This document shows positions 9,345 to 19,634 of a stretch of DNA of 64,000 bases, one piece after another (within the stretch, counting starts at the first letter, position 1; the number at the start of each line of letters is the position of its first letter). The notes below the pieces were generated by a model, which saw only the letters and a program-made list of their open reading frames with translations, was not told the DNA's origin and did not search any database. The position numbers and the translations under genes were made by a program. Source of the stretch: a virus (lineage: Duplodnaviria > Caudoviricetes); IMG/VR virus record IMGVR_UViG_2919425241_000002, positions 1 to 64,000 of that record, one strand, 5' to 3'.

Positions 9345-12098
9345 TTAAGCTGCTATTAATGCGGTCCTTAAATCAATCCAATGTTGTCCCTTTCGTTCTT
9401 TTGTCGAATCTATAATTGGATCTGTCGTCCAGGTTGGCGCCGTCACTGATAACGCCGTGTAAATATCCTTGATTGCTTGGCGTAATTCAATAATGTGTGT
9501 CGCTTTAACGTCAGTCGCTGCCGGATCGTTCCAATCTTTTATTACGGGATCAGTCCATACAATCACTGCCAAGCCGCGGGCCTGACGAACGGCATTAACC
9601 TTTGTTCTAATGTCATCAATTGTTCTTTTGCTAACGGCCGTGTCATCTGCCGCAACCGTTGTTGCCCAGGTTGTTGCCTGAATTGTAAAGGTGATTGTTG
9701 TACTCCATGTCCCCCACTCTTTGCCGTCGTAGGATCTTACCCTCACATACCTAGTTCCGGCCCCTAGATCCAATTGCGGAATGTATGAAACTGCCGTTCC
9801 TGAAGGCACATTCCCGGCGCCGATCCATCCGGCTGCTGTTGTTCCGTATGTGGAATCAACAATGTTTGTTGTGAATGCGTTCGACGAACTAATTTGTATT
9901 TGAAAATTGGTTAATGTGGCGTCGTTCGCATCCGTCGGCGTGAATCTGAATTTGGGCCTTTGGTTCAAAATGCTGCCACTCGACGATAAATTGTTAATGG
10001 TTGAAACGGCGTAGGTATTTGTCGTGAACGTCGTATAGTTTAGCGTGCTGACATTCCCGGCATTATCCGTATATGTTACGCCCCATCGGTATTGCGTACC
10101 AGGCGTTAACCCGGTAAAGCTGTACGATAGGCCGGTAACACTCTTCGGGTACCCGGATTCCGTAACCCAGGCCGAACCATTCCATTTTTGCAACGTCAAG
10201 GTTGTCAATAGCAGGCCTGAAGTCAACCCGGCCGGACCATCCGAGAACGCGGACCAGGAAACGCCGTTAGACGTTGCGTAAAGAACCCCATTTGTTTGCG
10301 TTGGCGCTGCTGGCGCCGTTCGGTCAATGATGAATGCGCCTCTTACCGGCCAATTCGCTGCATTGTTTCCGGCGTTATCCCGAACATAGAAGTCAACTAA
10401 GTATGTGTGTTCTACTGTGATAGGAACGGCAATTGTTTTCGTTTCTCCGCTGCCAGTTACAAGCCCTATACATTGGGTCCATGATGCCCCGTTATTGTTG
10501 GAATAATAGGCGTCATAAACAAATGCACCGCTCCCGCCGTCGGATATATCAACCGATACATTTTTTGTTGTTCCGCTTGCTTGGTTCGAATATACCGCGC
10601 CTACATTTACGGCGCTAACGGTCGGCGCTGTAATGTCAACTCCAATGTATACACTCTCGTAGTTTGGATCAGGTCCACGCCCATTTGCGGTATTCCAGAC
10701 CCCTGCCGCGTCCCTAACTGCCATACGAATGTAATAATTACCATCTGCCGTAATCCAATCGGCGGGCATCTGCCAACTTCGTACATTACCGGATAACCAA
10801 CCTGTATCCTTCAAAACTGCCGTATAAGCAGCGTTTACTAATTGAATATTGTATTGGCTCTGTGTGTCTCCCGCGTCTGGATCGGAGAACGTCCATTGTA
10901 CAAGGGGGGTTCTTGTATTGATCCATTGATTCGCGGCCGGATAAGTAATAACAGGCGCATTAGGCGCTGTGTTAAATGTCCTTGTCCATGTCTTCACCAT
11001 GTATGCGCCTGTTTGGTTTTGGGAAAGGGCAATGCCTATTTTAGTTTGCGATGAATGCGGGTAACTGTTTGTCCGCAAGGAATACACGGGCGCGCTATTC
11101 AAGAATGTGAATAATTGCACGGTCCCTTGGTCAACCATTGTTTCGCCGCTGATAGCATACGTTTTGAGAGATACAGTCTTATTAGTGCTATCAACAAGGA
11201 AAAAGAAAATTTGGCTTCCATTCGGATGAATTTGGGCGCTTACCGATGTATTTGAATTAGCGATGGTGAACGTTGTAGGTGCGGAGCTTACCCATGTGTT
11301 ACTCGTAGAGTTATACCCTTGCACGGTTGTACCGTTTGTCCTTGTAAGCTGTACACCCGTTCCCGCTGAATCCATGTTAATTTGATACATCCATCCATTT
11401 GACGGATGGGGAAGGAAGGTGAAATTCCTTGGAATAGCATATGGGTATGGTCCATTTGTCCAAGATGCACCCGGATTACCAACGGGAATTTTATAAACAT
11501 AAGCCGACGAATTATAGTTGACTACTCCGTATACATTTCCGCCGAATTCCGCAAAATCGGACGGCCCATAAATACCGCTGTATTGGTTACTTCCGAAACC
11601 TCCCCCTTCCCAGAATGCCGACATTTTGTAAAGGTCTTCGAATTCATCGCCCGCCCATCGACAAACCGCATAAATGACGCCACTTGAATCAATAAAAATC
11701 CGATCAATTTGCGCGCCGCCCCTTGCTGTCTCTGTTCCAATTTGCCAATATACTCGACCTGTCGTGACCAACGTTAAAGAAGTGCCTGTACTCGTTGGAA
11801 CGGCGATAGTGTCAATGATCGTCATTCGGAAGGTGGCTACGCCTGTATATACGCCCCATCCGATATATAGCCTGTTGCCTTTTGCCACTAACGAAACGAC
11901 ACCATTATTACTTGCTGTCTCGGTAAAGGTATAGCAAACGGCCCATGTTTGCCCGTTGTCTGTCGATCTGTAAATTTTTAAACCTGCAACGCCGTATTCT
12001 GATTTGGCTACATACATATATCCATTGGCTGTTGTGGCGATACTGACACCATTCGCAAAATTTGAGTCATTATTTATCTGACCTAAATAGTCTGCCAT
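9345..12098 (-). CDS. Tail fibre / receptor-binding protein (propeller-like N-terminus, Ig/FN3 domains)
   Basis: BNR/Asp-box YRSTDNGQTW, FN3/Ig-like repeats, position downstream of the baseplate genes. Confidence 0.7.
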   Translation of the reverse strand: MADYLGQINNDSNFANGVSIATTANGYMYVAKSEYGVAGLKIYRSTDNGQTWAVCYTFTETASNNGVVSLVAKGNRLYIGWGVYTGVATFRMTIIDTIAVPTSTGTSLTLVTTGRVYWQIGTETARGGAQIDRIFIDSSGVIYAVCRWAGDEFEDLYKMSAFWEGGGFGSNQYSGIYGPSDFAEFGGNVYGVVNYNSSAYVYKIPVGNPGASWTNGPYPYAIPRNFTFLPHPSNGWMYQINMDSAGTGVQLTRTNGTTVQGYNSTSNTWVSSAPTTFTIANSNTSVSAQIHPNGSQIFFFLVDSTNKTVSLKTYAISGETMVDQGTVQLFTFLNSAPVYSLRTNSYPHSSQTKIGIALSQNQTGAYMVKTWTRTFNTAPNAPVITYPAANQWINTRTPLVQWTFSDPDAGDTQSQYNIQLVNAAYTAVLKDTGWLSGNVRSWQMPADWITADGNYYIRMAVRDAAGVWNTANGRGPDPNYESVYIGVDITAPTVSAVNVGAVYSNQASGTTKNVSVDISDGGSGAFVYDAYYSNNNGASWTQCIGLVTGSGETKTIAVPITVEHTYLVDFYVRDNAGNNAANWPVRGAFIIDRTAPAAPTQTNGVLYATSNGVSWSAFSDGPAGLTSGLLLTTLTLQKWNGSAWVTESGYPKSVTGLSYSFTGLTPGTQYRWGVTYTDNAGNVSTLNYTTFTTNTYAVSTINNLSSSGSILNQRPKFRFTPTDANDATLTNFQIQISSSNAFTTNIVDSTYGTTAAGWIGAGNVPSGTAVSYIPQLDLGAGTRYVRVRSYDGKEWGTWSTTITFTIQATTWATTVAADDTAVSKRTIDDIRTKVNAVRQARGLAVIVWTDPVIKDWNDPAATDVKATHIIELRQAIKDIYTALSVTAPTWTTDPIIDSTKERKGQHWIDLRTALIAA

Positions 12099-12133
12099 TC
12101 AAATTCATCCCCTTTATAAGAAATACACACCCT

Positions 12134-12412
12134 TTACGGGGCGTATTTCTTAGCCTTGGCGATTTCAGCTTCAACCCATTGTCTGGTTGTCGCATGCATT
12201 GGATCAGTTGGATTTGCTGGAAGTGTAACGCCTGTGCCGGTGAATATCGGATTATTAATAGGTGCTTTCCCCGCAATAGCTGTATCTAATATGTCCATGT
12301 TGTCATCAATGATTGGTTTTGTATTGAAAGTTGTCGTAGCTGGTGAGCTGCGGTCTATTTTCTTCAATCCTAAATTAGGTGTTGTTGGATTGGCCAATGA
12401 ATTCACCCCCAA
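12134..12412 (-). CDS. Small tail fibre-related protein
   Basis: TTPNLGLKK, IDDNMDILD, KAPINNPIFTG (gpH-like repeat). Confidence 0.65.
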   Translation of the reverse strand: MGVNSLANPTTPNLGLKKIDRSSPATTTFNTKPIIDDNMDILDTAIAGKAPINNPIFTGTGVTLPANPTDPMHATTRQWVEAEIAKAKKYAP

Positions 12413-12948
12413 GAAATATTATCCATAGTCGTGCTTTCAACTTGCTCAAGAGTCATTGCTTCAATTTCTGCCAATGAAAGAAAACGGAATTGAAATTGAA
12501 CTTCCACATGTGCCCTAACAGAATTGCGAATATAGGCTTGAATCTGATCATATCCCTCAGGGACACCAATCACATTTAAAACCTTAATTTTCATGATTGA
12601 GTTAGAATAATCATTTTCAATCTCTACGGAAACACCATAAGACTGCAAAGACAAAGCTATGGCTTCCTTGGTGACAACCCCGCTTAATTCTCGCGTCTTA
12701 GCAATGATCCTCGCTCTCCGGAATTCATTTGATAAAGACGGATCAGGGAGTATACCAAATTCCTTTTCCCGCGTCGTTAATGTATCAATAGATGTCATCA
12801 CACGGGACTCGTATACAACATGTTGGAGAAGGTCGTACAACCAAGTTAAGGTGAGCCCTAATCCGTCAAGTAGCTTCTTTGTTCCGCCCTTCTTTAAATC
12901 CAGCCATCGATGTGGGAAGAAGCTTGCTAGAAAGGTGCTAAAGTTCAT
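12403..12948 (-). CDS. Baseplate wedge protein (DUF2313/YmfQ-like)
   Basis: EKEFGI, RRARIIAK, RAHVE; follows baseplate J. Confidence 0.75.
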   Translation of the reverse strand: MNFSTFLASFFPHRWLDLKKGGTKKLLDGLGLTLTWLYDLLQHVVYESRVMTSIDTLTTREKEFGILPDPSLSNEFRRARIIAKTRELSGVVTKEAIALSLQSYGVSVEIENDYSNSIMKIKVLNVIGVPEGYDQIQAYIRNSVRAHVEVQFQFRFLSLAEIEAMTLEQVESTTMDNISWG

Positions 12949-12966
12949 TGCTAGGTGCCCCCTTTC

Positions 12967-14088
12967 TTAAGTGATGACGATCGCTCCTGGTATTGCCATT
13001 TCAGTGCTTGCCAGGACTTTATTTGTGGTTGGACCACTCAGAATAAAGTCGACGAGAACCGGTGCCTTGGTGATATCCGAACTCAAGAATGCTTCTTTGG
13101 CTACTGCAATTATGTCCATAACTCGTACTACACGATTAATGTTGGACTGACTGATAATATATGATTCCAAAGCGGCCCTAACGATCGGAGCTCCGGTTGC
13201 AGCTGTGTAGCCAATAGCCCAAACACACCCGGATAATGTAATGTTTATATTAACCTGAGTTGGTGCTATGACCTGAATAGCCCCTGTGTCTAAATCAGCA
13301 GGGGTAAAGGTATCAATAAACTCCTGGCACTCAGTAATAAGTGATGCACTCGGCATACCCTCTACACCCGTAATTACAATATCAACAGTGCCCGGTCCTC
13401 TATTAATTGGGAGTACTAAAGCAGAAGCGACGCCTTCAAAACTTTCGGCCCAGATCTTGTAGTCAGCTACTGTGCCGCCACGTCCGGGATTACGTTTTCT
13501 TTCGAGAATTCGCGATCGGTAAACCTCGATATCTTCGATGTCAGCCCCTGCTGTTACAAGTGTGGAATCCGATACTATATCAAATCCTGCTTGTGCAATT
13601 AGATTTATAGCGCCGGCTAGTACATTCCCCGAGGTACCTACCTCAGTACACTGAACTAAGACTCCGGTAACTTGACTCCCACCTGCAGGGATAAATTTAT
13701 TCTGTCCAGGCACAACCCTGAATTGCATAGGAGGATTACTTCCGTATGGAGTTGTTGTAAGCAAAAAATAGTCAGGAACGTTAGTGTTCGAAGCTACTGG
13801 GCTAGACTTTTTAAGTGTTACGGAGTGAATGGCAGCCGTTGCCTGTTTTCGATCAACCCCCCACTCATATCCGAACTCCTCCAGCTTAGATCCTTGAGCT
13901 CCCGAGGCTGTGAGTTGATCAAAAACCAACTTCAGCACAACAACAAACATATAGATGGCTTCACGAAGACCAATAATCAAGCTTTTTATAACCCACTGAT
14001 TTGGTAAGTCAGATATTGTTTTTCCTGATCCCAGAAGGTTAGTTACTAACACTTGAGTTATTTCATCCTTCGTAGGAAATTGGATCAT
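12967..14088 (-). CDS. Baseplate J-like protein
   Basis: A.G..L...G..WGVDRK.AT, GTSGNV, GGTVADYKIWA, RGPGTVDIVI. Confidence 0.92.
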   Translation of the reverse strand: MIQFPTKDEITQVLVTNLLGSGKTISDLPNQWVIKSLIIGLREAIYMFVVVLKLVFDQLTASGAQGSKLEEFGYEWGVDRKQATAAIHSVTLKKSSPVASNTNVPDYFLLTTTPYGSNPPMQFRVVPGQNKFIPAGGSQVTGVLVQCTEVGTSGNVLAGAINLIAQAGFDIVSDSTLVTAGADIEDIEVYRSRILERKRNPGRGGTVADYKIWAESFEGVASALVLPINRGPGTVDIVITGVEGMPSASLITECQEFIDTFTPADLDTGAIQVIAPTQVNINITLSGCVWAIGYTAATGAPIVRAALESYIISQSNINRVVRVMDIIAVAKEAFLSSDITKAPVLVDFILSGPTTNKVLASTEMAIPGAIVIT

Positions 14089-14094
14089 TTAGCA

Positions 14095-14505
14095 TCACAC
14101 CTCCGGTATCGTAACGTTTAATTCCCTTTCCACAACATCCCCGCGGAGAAGGTATTTAGCGAAAATGGTGAATGCCTGCTTCCCATCAACTTCAGTTAAA
14201 GAGATACTGCATTCCTTTACATTTTCAATCCAACCTTCCCCACCAGCTACAGTCCCCACTTTCAATAGCGTTGACCGTACCTCAGCTTCCGCCTTGACCT
14301 TATTTTCCAAGGTGAAAGTCTTGCCAGTTAGAAAGGACGAAATCCTCCCACCATAGTCTTTGTAAAAGACCATCTCACCCAGGTCTGTTAATACTTGAAG
14401 CTCAGTCTGCTGCTTAGCATTGTCCTCTCCAGAAGCCAGTGCTAAATTATCGCCTTCCCAAACAATTTCACCTGCAACAAGAAGTAGATCAGCTCCAAAG
14501 TTCAT
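14095..14505 (-). CDS. gp25/XkdS-like sheath initiator (baseplate)
   Basis: L.L.SG.DNAKQ...TDLGE...YGG motif and synteny. Confidence 0.7.
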   Translation of the reverse strand: MNFGADLLLVAGEIVWEGDNLALASGEDNAKQQTELQVLTDLGEMVFYKDYGGRISSFLTGKTFTLENKVKAEAEVRSTLLKVGTVAGGEGWIENVKECSISLTEVDGKQAFTIFAKYLLRGDVVERELNVTIPEV

Positions 14506-14873
14506 TGTTCATTCACCGGACCTTTGTCAATCAAGCCTAAAACAATGTACTGTTCTACACCGTTCGCACCACGTACGACTCCGGCAAGTACCTCCTGCCC
14601 CACTTTGTATGGCCATACTGGTTCATGTGTAGAGTGAGCATCATGTGCATAGGAACTTCCTCCGATTGAATGGGCTGCATGATTAGCGTGATTTGGTATC
14701 GGATAAAAAGTATCTTTCAAGACCCTGCACCATCCACTCTCTTGCCCCCAAGGCTCAACGATTATCTTGACCTCACGGTCTCTCTCATTTACAGCAGCAA
14801 TTTCTGCAAAAACAAAAGATGACTGAGGAAGCATATCTTCAATTGTTCGCCTCTGATCAGAATACATGTTCAT
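14502..14873 (-). CDS. Baseplate spike protein (OB-fold-like) with His-rich insert
   Basis: ESGWCRV, YKVGQEVL; HANHAAH...HDAHSTH; follows the hub gene. Confidence 0.65.
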   Translation of the reverse strand: MNMYSDQRRTIEDMLPQSSFVFAEIAAVNERDREVKIIVEPWGQESGWCRVLKDTFYPIPNHANHAAHSIGGSSYAHDAHSTHEPVWPYKVGQEVLAGVVRGANGVEQYIVLGLIDKGPVNEQ

Positions 14874-15988
14874 CCGTATTGACCTCCTTCCTCGACAGGG
14901 AGATTCGTGAATGACACTTCACAAGATAAACCTTGATCTTTCCCGCCAGTAACAGTTATTTTTTGCACGAAATATGTGTTGTTTAATCCAGCACCTATAC
15001 CGCCTATCGATATTTTCCTGTCGTTCGAAAGACCTGGAAACCAATCTGCTACGAAGGAACCAAACAATTGATTCTTGGACAACTCCGCCAATATGCCCCG
15101 CGCTATTTGTTGGCACTGATCTCGGGTGCGGTTCGGGTAGTAGTATCTCAAAATATATTTATGACCCGAGCTCGACCCAACCATCGAAGCTTGCTCTACA
15201 ATTCTGCTCCCACCCGTGTACTTCCCCGGCTTCCAAGAAATAACTTCGACAATCAAATTTCTTGCGGCATTCGGGGCTCTCTCGATCCTGAAAGGTTCGA
15301 AGATGTTGTGACCCCAGTAGAAAGGAATTGGATCAAGTGAGAAGCCCGAAAGATACAATTCGGGACCGAAATACCACTCTTTCCCCACAACCCTAGTCGT
15401 GAATTCTTCTGCCTGCGCTAAATACAAAACGAAGTCCCAATGTGAGACTTCGCGCGTTGTACTTGTATGATCTTCGTTTTGATATTCCCCTATTAGTTTG
15501 GTGGTCTCGACTGGAACAACTGGAGTCAAACCATGAAATTCCGCTATTTGTTTAAAGGCTGCTGTACTCGTTAAATTCTGCCATTTGGTTGTTTCTTTAT
15601 AATCAAAAGGTCGGGCTGCATACGATCTCCCCGTAAGCTTAATGACTTCCCCTGACTTTGAGAACTCCCAAACAACATGATCCATGACACCATCGATTAA
15701 ATCTTCAAGTTTATCTTCATCCTCAAATCCCGCTTGAATGACTACATCTGCTGGTCCATTAACTAAGTTCGCTGATGTCGTACTTCCGCTGTAAAGAAAC
15801 TCATCAGATGGGTTATCTGTTACTTCCCAAGGAAGAGTGATATCGAACGAATCTATAGCACCTAAACCGTTTAACTCGACGGTAAAGTCAATCCAGTTTG
15901 TTACGTGTTGCCCGTTTATTGAAATATTCACTACCGGTTTACCAAGCGGCCTAAATGGCCCACCCCGATCAATATTGTCATTAAACAT
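14870..15988 (-). CDS. Baseplate hub / late control D-like protein
   Basis: IDSFDITL, LTGRSYA, SHWDFVLYLA; synteny. Confidence 0.8.
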   Translation of the reverse strand: MFNDNIDRGGPFRPLGKPVVNISINGQHVTNWIDFTVELNGLGAIDSFDITLPWEVTDNPSDEFLYSGSTTSANLVNGPADVVIQAGFEDEDKLEDLIDGVMDHVVWEFSKSGEVIKLTGRSYAARPFDYKETTKWQNLTSTAAFKQIAEFHGLTPVVPVETTKLIGEYQNEDHTSTTREVSHWDFVLYLAQAEEFTTRVVGKEWYFGPELYLSGFSLDPIPFYWGHNIFEPFRIERAPNAARNLIVEVISWKPGKYTGGSRIVEQASMVGSSSGHKYILRYYYPNRTRDQCQQIARGILAELSKNQLFGSFVADWFPGLSNDRKISIGGIGAGLNNTYFVQKITVTGGKDQGLSCEVSFTNLPVEEGGQYG

Positions 15989-16571
15989 TGACTTTTAACA
16001 CCATCCCCGGAGTCAGTACATGAGGTCCGTTTACCAGCACATCAACATTTGCTTGATAAATCTTTTCCCAATCATTTGGATTCTTTGATGTAGTTTCGTT
16101 CTTGGCTATGCTCCATAGACTGTCCCCTTCTCTCACGGTATAAGTTTTATTTGGATCGCTGGAAGAGGCTGTGTCGTTTGAGGAGTTCTTATCAATAGAA
16201 TCAATGAGAAGAGCCGGCTTATTACTCGCGGTATCAACATGGCGCAATGTAATCGAAAATGGTATACGCTGATTGCTTTTTTGATCCGGATAAAACTCTT
16301 CAATGAGGACAGTGAAGGAAAACAACTCACAGGAAAATTCGATAGGTTTTCCAGCTGTCCGCATTAAACCGATAGACATCATGCGTTCATGTGCGTCTGC
16401 TCCCAGGAAGACACCACTCCACGTTATTGGACGGTAAGTCGGGCCCATATTCTGTATAGATACACTACCTCCAGGGAACTCACGGATAGCTAGCATTTGC
16501 TTTCCGCCGCGCTGTACGAAGTCAGGTTTTTCGAAATCCCGCAGGTCCAGTTCTCCAAGTGTAACTTTCAC
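15981..16571 (-). CDS. LysM-domain tail tube initiator (XkdP-like)
   Basis: YTVREGDSLWSIAK...WEKIYQAN...PGMVLKV. Confidence 0.85.
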   Translation of the reverse strand: MKVTLGELDLRDFEKPDFVQRGGKQMLAIREFPGGSVSIQNMGPTYRPITWSGVFLGADAHERMMSIGLMRTAGKPIEFSCELFSFTVLIEEFYPDQKSNQRIPFSITLRHVDTASNKPALLIDSIDKNSSNDTASSSDPNKTYTVREGDSLWSIAKNETTSKNPNDWEKIYQANVDVLVNGPHVLTPGMVLKVNV

Positions 16572-16572
16572 T

Positions 16573-19077
16573 TTAAGTCCTCCTTAACAATCCGCGTGAA
16601 CCAATAGTCATGTTTGCTTTCTGGGAACCCGAATTGAGTTTCCTGATTACCAACTCTGCAACGCGGGCCGCAAAATCTCCAGTATCCTCACCAGGTTGTT
16701 GATGAACCTCGCCGATCAGCGGTCCATTAATATTAATTCCACCGGCAGCTGTTAACGGCTGATTAACCCTTATCCCATTGCTTCCTGAGCCCTGAACTTG
16801 CACTGCTTTTGATAAGCTTTCGGATGCTCCTTTTACTAATCCGGCTTGACTCATCATCCCTATTGCCAATCCCTGTGTGATGTATCCGCCGTTCTCCATC
16901 ATCACACGTGAAGGAGAGTTTATTCCGAGAACCTTTTTAAGTGGACCCACAAGGAAGTTATTCGACAAGTCATTAATTGTGTCTTTGAGGTTATTCCACA
17001 TTCCTTTGATCCCAATGATTATGCCGTCTACGATGTCAGACCCCCATTGTTTAGATGCCGTAAGCCATGTTGAGCCAATGCTTTTTAAACCTTCCCAACC
17101 ATCGCGAAAAAACCTACCAAGGTCAACCCATAGCTTACTTGCCGTTTCTTTAACAACTTCCCAAGCACCTGACCAGTCACCCTGCAAAACCTTTAGGCCA
17201 AATTTAACGACTCCTGAAATAAAATCCCACCAAAAAACAACGGTATCTTTGATCAGAGTCCATGCCACCTTGACGATTTCAGAAATAATTGTCCATGTGT
17301 GTTTCATGGTGATCCAAATCAAGTTAGCGTACATTTGGATGCCAGTCCAAATAATCTTAAAGTGGAGGATGATCACACCACTAATTAACGGCCAATACAT
17401 ATCGATTACCTTTTTTACGTCCGGCCATATCTCCTGCATATACGCCTGCACCCTCGAAAATGCAGTTTTAATAGAGTTCCAGACATTGTTTACTGCGGAC
17501 ATGATTGTAGGTCCAATAGCAGCCCACACCGAAAATGATACCGATTTAACTTTATCCCATATCCCCGTGATGAATGGAAGAATCTTATCCCAATGCTTAT
17601 AAATTAAATATGCTGCACCGGCAATTGCAGCAATTGCGAGTACTACTCCACCACTCACAAGTGCGATAGTACCAAAGCCAACGCCGGCAACAGAGAGAGC
17701 TGTGCTCAATGCACCAAACGCCGCAACACCTACTAAAATTGCACCCCCAATCGCCATGAAGGCACTGATCCCAAGTGCAACAGTAGCAACTGTTTTAATT
17801 ATTTGTGGGTGAGCTTTTGCCCAAGGGATTACGAAATCACCTAGTATTCCGCCTAACCCGTTCAATGCATTTTTAATTGGTTCCAGGAATGGATCACCAA
17901 AAACACGCTTTACAATGTTCCAAGTTTCAGCTAAGGTCTCCATTCTATTTTTGGTACCTTCCATTTGCTGTTCTACTTGTTGGTACATGTCCAACTGGTT
18001 GCCGACTTTATTCTTGATGTCCATATAAATTTCACTGCCGTTCGCAAGTGCTAGAGCAGCATTTTTACCTTGTTCCAAAAATACTTTATGCATCAAATTT
18101 TGAAATTCATCCGGTCTGTACTTTTTACTAGCTGCTTGAAGTGTATTAAACATGAAATCTGCGCCCTTGCTTTTCCCAGTACTTTCATCAAAGAAGATAC
18201 TTGATTTCCCATCAGCGTTCATCCAACCTAATTCAGCCATTGCTTGTTTCTGCTTCTTTGTATGCGGGATTAAGCGATCGAGAAAGTCTTTTGTGAACGT
18301 GCCTGCTGCGCCTCCATCTTTGGTGTATGTCCCAGTTGCAGCCACGAGCAATGCTGTATCTTCTGGTGTCATGCCTAGCGTACCTGCGACGCCAGACGAA
18401 GTAAGCATACCAGGAATCAAGTCCTTCATTCCCATAGTTGACGCTGCTGCCGTCTTAGCATAGAAGTCAATGGCACTTAACGTACGATCACCGCTTATGT
18501 TAAATGCAGCTTTCTGTTTTGCGATAAAATCCCCCGATGCATTCGGATCAATCTGTCCAAGCTGGGCAGCGTACATAGCCGCAGTTAACCCCGAATAGTT
18601 GAAGTTACCTTTTTCATTTTTAGTTCCCAGCAAAAACTCTTTGTCTATACCGCCGCGCAGCATACCCAACGCTGCCTCTGCGACTCCTTTATCACTAAAC
18701 TTTGTAGCCATACCGAGTTTTTCGAAACCTTCCGTCAACTCACCCAGTGTCTTTTTAACCTCAGCCGCTTTATCTTGGTTAATAAGATCTTTTCCGAATG
18801 CGGCCAGCTTCACGTTAATCATTACATCTTCAAACTCCATGGCAGCCCTTGCCGCTTCGCTAATCCCATCCGTGATTTGCTTGAATGCAATAGCACCTGC
18901 AACCCCGATGCCACCACCTACGAATGCCATGTTTTTGAATTTATCCATTCTTCGTTGTGCATCTTCAGTGGCGTTTTCCATAAGTCTGAATTGGCTAATT
19001 ACACTTCGAATTCCAGATGATATATGGTCAGCTAGACTAATACTAATGGCTAGATCTAAAATAGAACTCAATTTCAA
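16573..19077 (-). CDS. Tail tape measure protein
   Basis: TP901-like core (AAGT..K), W-periodic amphipathic repeats, LGINSPSRVM. Confidence 0.92.
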   Translation of the reverse strand: MKLSSILDLAISISLADHISSGIRSVISQFRLMENATEDAQRRMDKFKNMAFVGGGIGVAGAIAFKQITDGISEAARAAMEFEDVMINVKLAAFGKDLINQDKAAEVKKTLGELTEGFEKLGMATKFSDKGVAEAALGMLRGGIDKEFLLGTKNEKGNFNYSGLTAAMYAAQLGQIDPNASGDFIAKQKAAFNISGDRTLSAIDFYAKTAAASTMGMKDLIPGMLTSSGVAGTLGMTPEDTALLVAATGTYTKDGGAAGTFTKDFLDRLIPHTKKQKQAMAELGWMNADGKSSIFFDESTGKSKGADFMFNTLQAASKKYRPDEFQNLMHKVFLEQGKNAALALANGSEIYMDIKNKVGNQLDMYQQVEQQMEGTKNRMETLAETWNIVKRVFGDPFLEPIKNALNGLGGILGDFVIPWAKAHPQIIKTVATVALGISAFMAIGGAILVGVAAFGALSTALSVAGVGFGTIALVSGGVVLAIAAIAGAAYLIYKHWDKILPFITGIWDKVKSVSFSVWAAIGPTIMSAVNNVWNSIKTAFSRVQAYMQEIWPDVKKVIDMYWPLISGVIILHFKIIWTGIQMYANLIWITMKHTWTIISEIVKVAWTLIKDTVVFWWDFISGVVKFGLKVLQGDWSGAWEVVKETASKLWVDLGRFFRDGWEGLKSIGSTWLTASKQWGSDIVDGIIIGIKGMWNNLKDTINDLSNNFLVGPLKKVLGINSPSRVMMENGGYITQGLAIGMMSQAGLVKGASESLSKAVQVQGSGSNGIRVNQPLTAAGGININGPLIGEVHQQPGEDTGDFAARVAELVIRKLNSGSQKANMTIGSRGLLRRT

Positions 19078-19144
19078 TGACCTCCTTTCACAGCTTCCAA
19101 AGAAAGCAAACTAATTCGGTTCGCCCTCTTTGGAAGCCCTCCGA

Positions 19145-19309
19145 CTATTCGGAGGAATTCTGTCGCTCATTCCATTCATTAACAATAAGGATCGATGCAG
19201 CTGTTTCAATCTCATCAAACTGCAAAGTCTCGGAAAAAGAAAGACCAGCCCCGGATGCAAGCGCTAGTTGGATGCGATTGCGGAACCAGGGTTGGTCTGC
19301 GAGTTTTTT
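19145..19309 (-). CDS. Frameshifted T portion of the tail assembly chaperone (KKLADQPWFRNRIQLALAS...NSSE*)
   Basis: The -1 frame from the slippery heptamer stays open for 54 codons and stops 68 nt before the tape measure start. Confidence 0.75.
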   Translation of the reverse strand, partial: KKLADQPWFRNRIQLALASGAGLSFSETLQFDEIETAASILIVNEWNERQNSSE

Positions 19310-19620
19310 GCTGCTTCATCCAGCTTTTTCTGAACTTCGGCAGGCATCGATTTCTTTTCAAGTTCAGACCATTCTTCGTAATCAAAACGGTCCATGAGTT
19401 CAAAAATGCCAGCCGAATCTTCAGGAGTTTTAACATTCTCGCCTTCGATGGACTCAATGGCGACGATCGTTTGAATCGTTACCGTGGACATAAGGCCGCC
19501 GAGGTTTGAGCCGCCATCGCCCATTGTAGTAGCTAGCAAACGACGCTCAATAAAATGGTGTTGCCCTTTCTTTTGGCGCAAGCCCACTTTCTTACCAGTT
19601 GAAAGAATGATTTCTGACAT
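19264..19620 (-). CDS. Tail assembly chaperone (G); -1 frameshift product GT ends at 19145
   Basis: Lies between tube and tape measure genes; slippery A-AAA-AAC at 19309-19303. Confidence 0.8.
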   Translation of the reverse strand: MSEIILSTGKKVGLRQKKGQHHFIERRLLATTMGDGGSNLGGLMSTVTIQTIVAIESIEGENVKTPEDSAGIFELMDRFDYEEWSELEKKSMPAEVQKKLDEAAKNSQTNPGSAIASN

Positions 19621-19634
19621 GGATAGTAATCCTC

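Noticed and set aside
3444-12412. Diversity-generating retroelement or invertible tail-fibre cassette
   Set aside because: No reverse transcriptase or template/variable repeat pair seen; the resolvase is ~20 kb away and no inverted crossover sites flank the fibre genes
19215-19457. ORF-track 80-aa ORF as the frameshift partner of the tail chaperone
   Set aside because: It is in the +1 frame; the slippery site leads to the -1 frame ending at 19145
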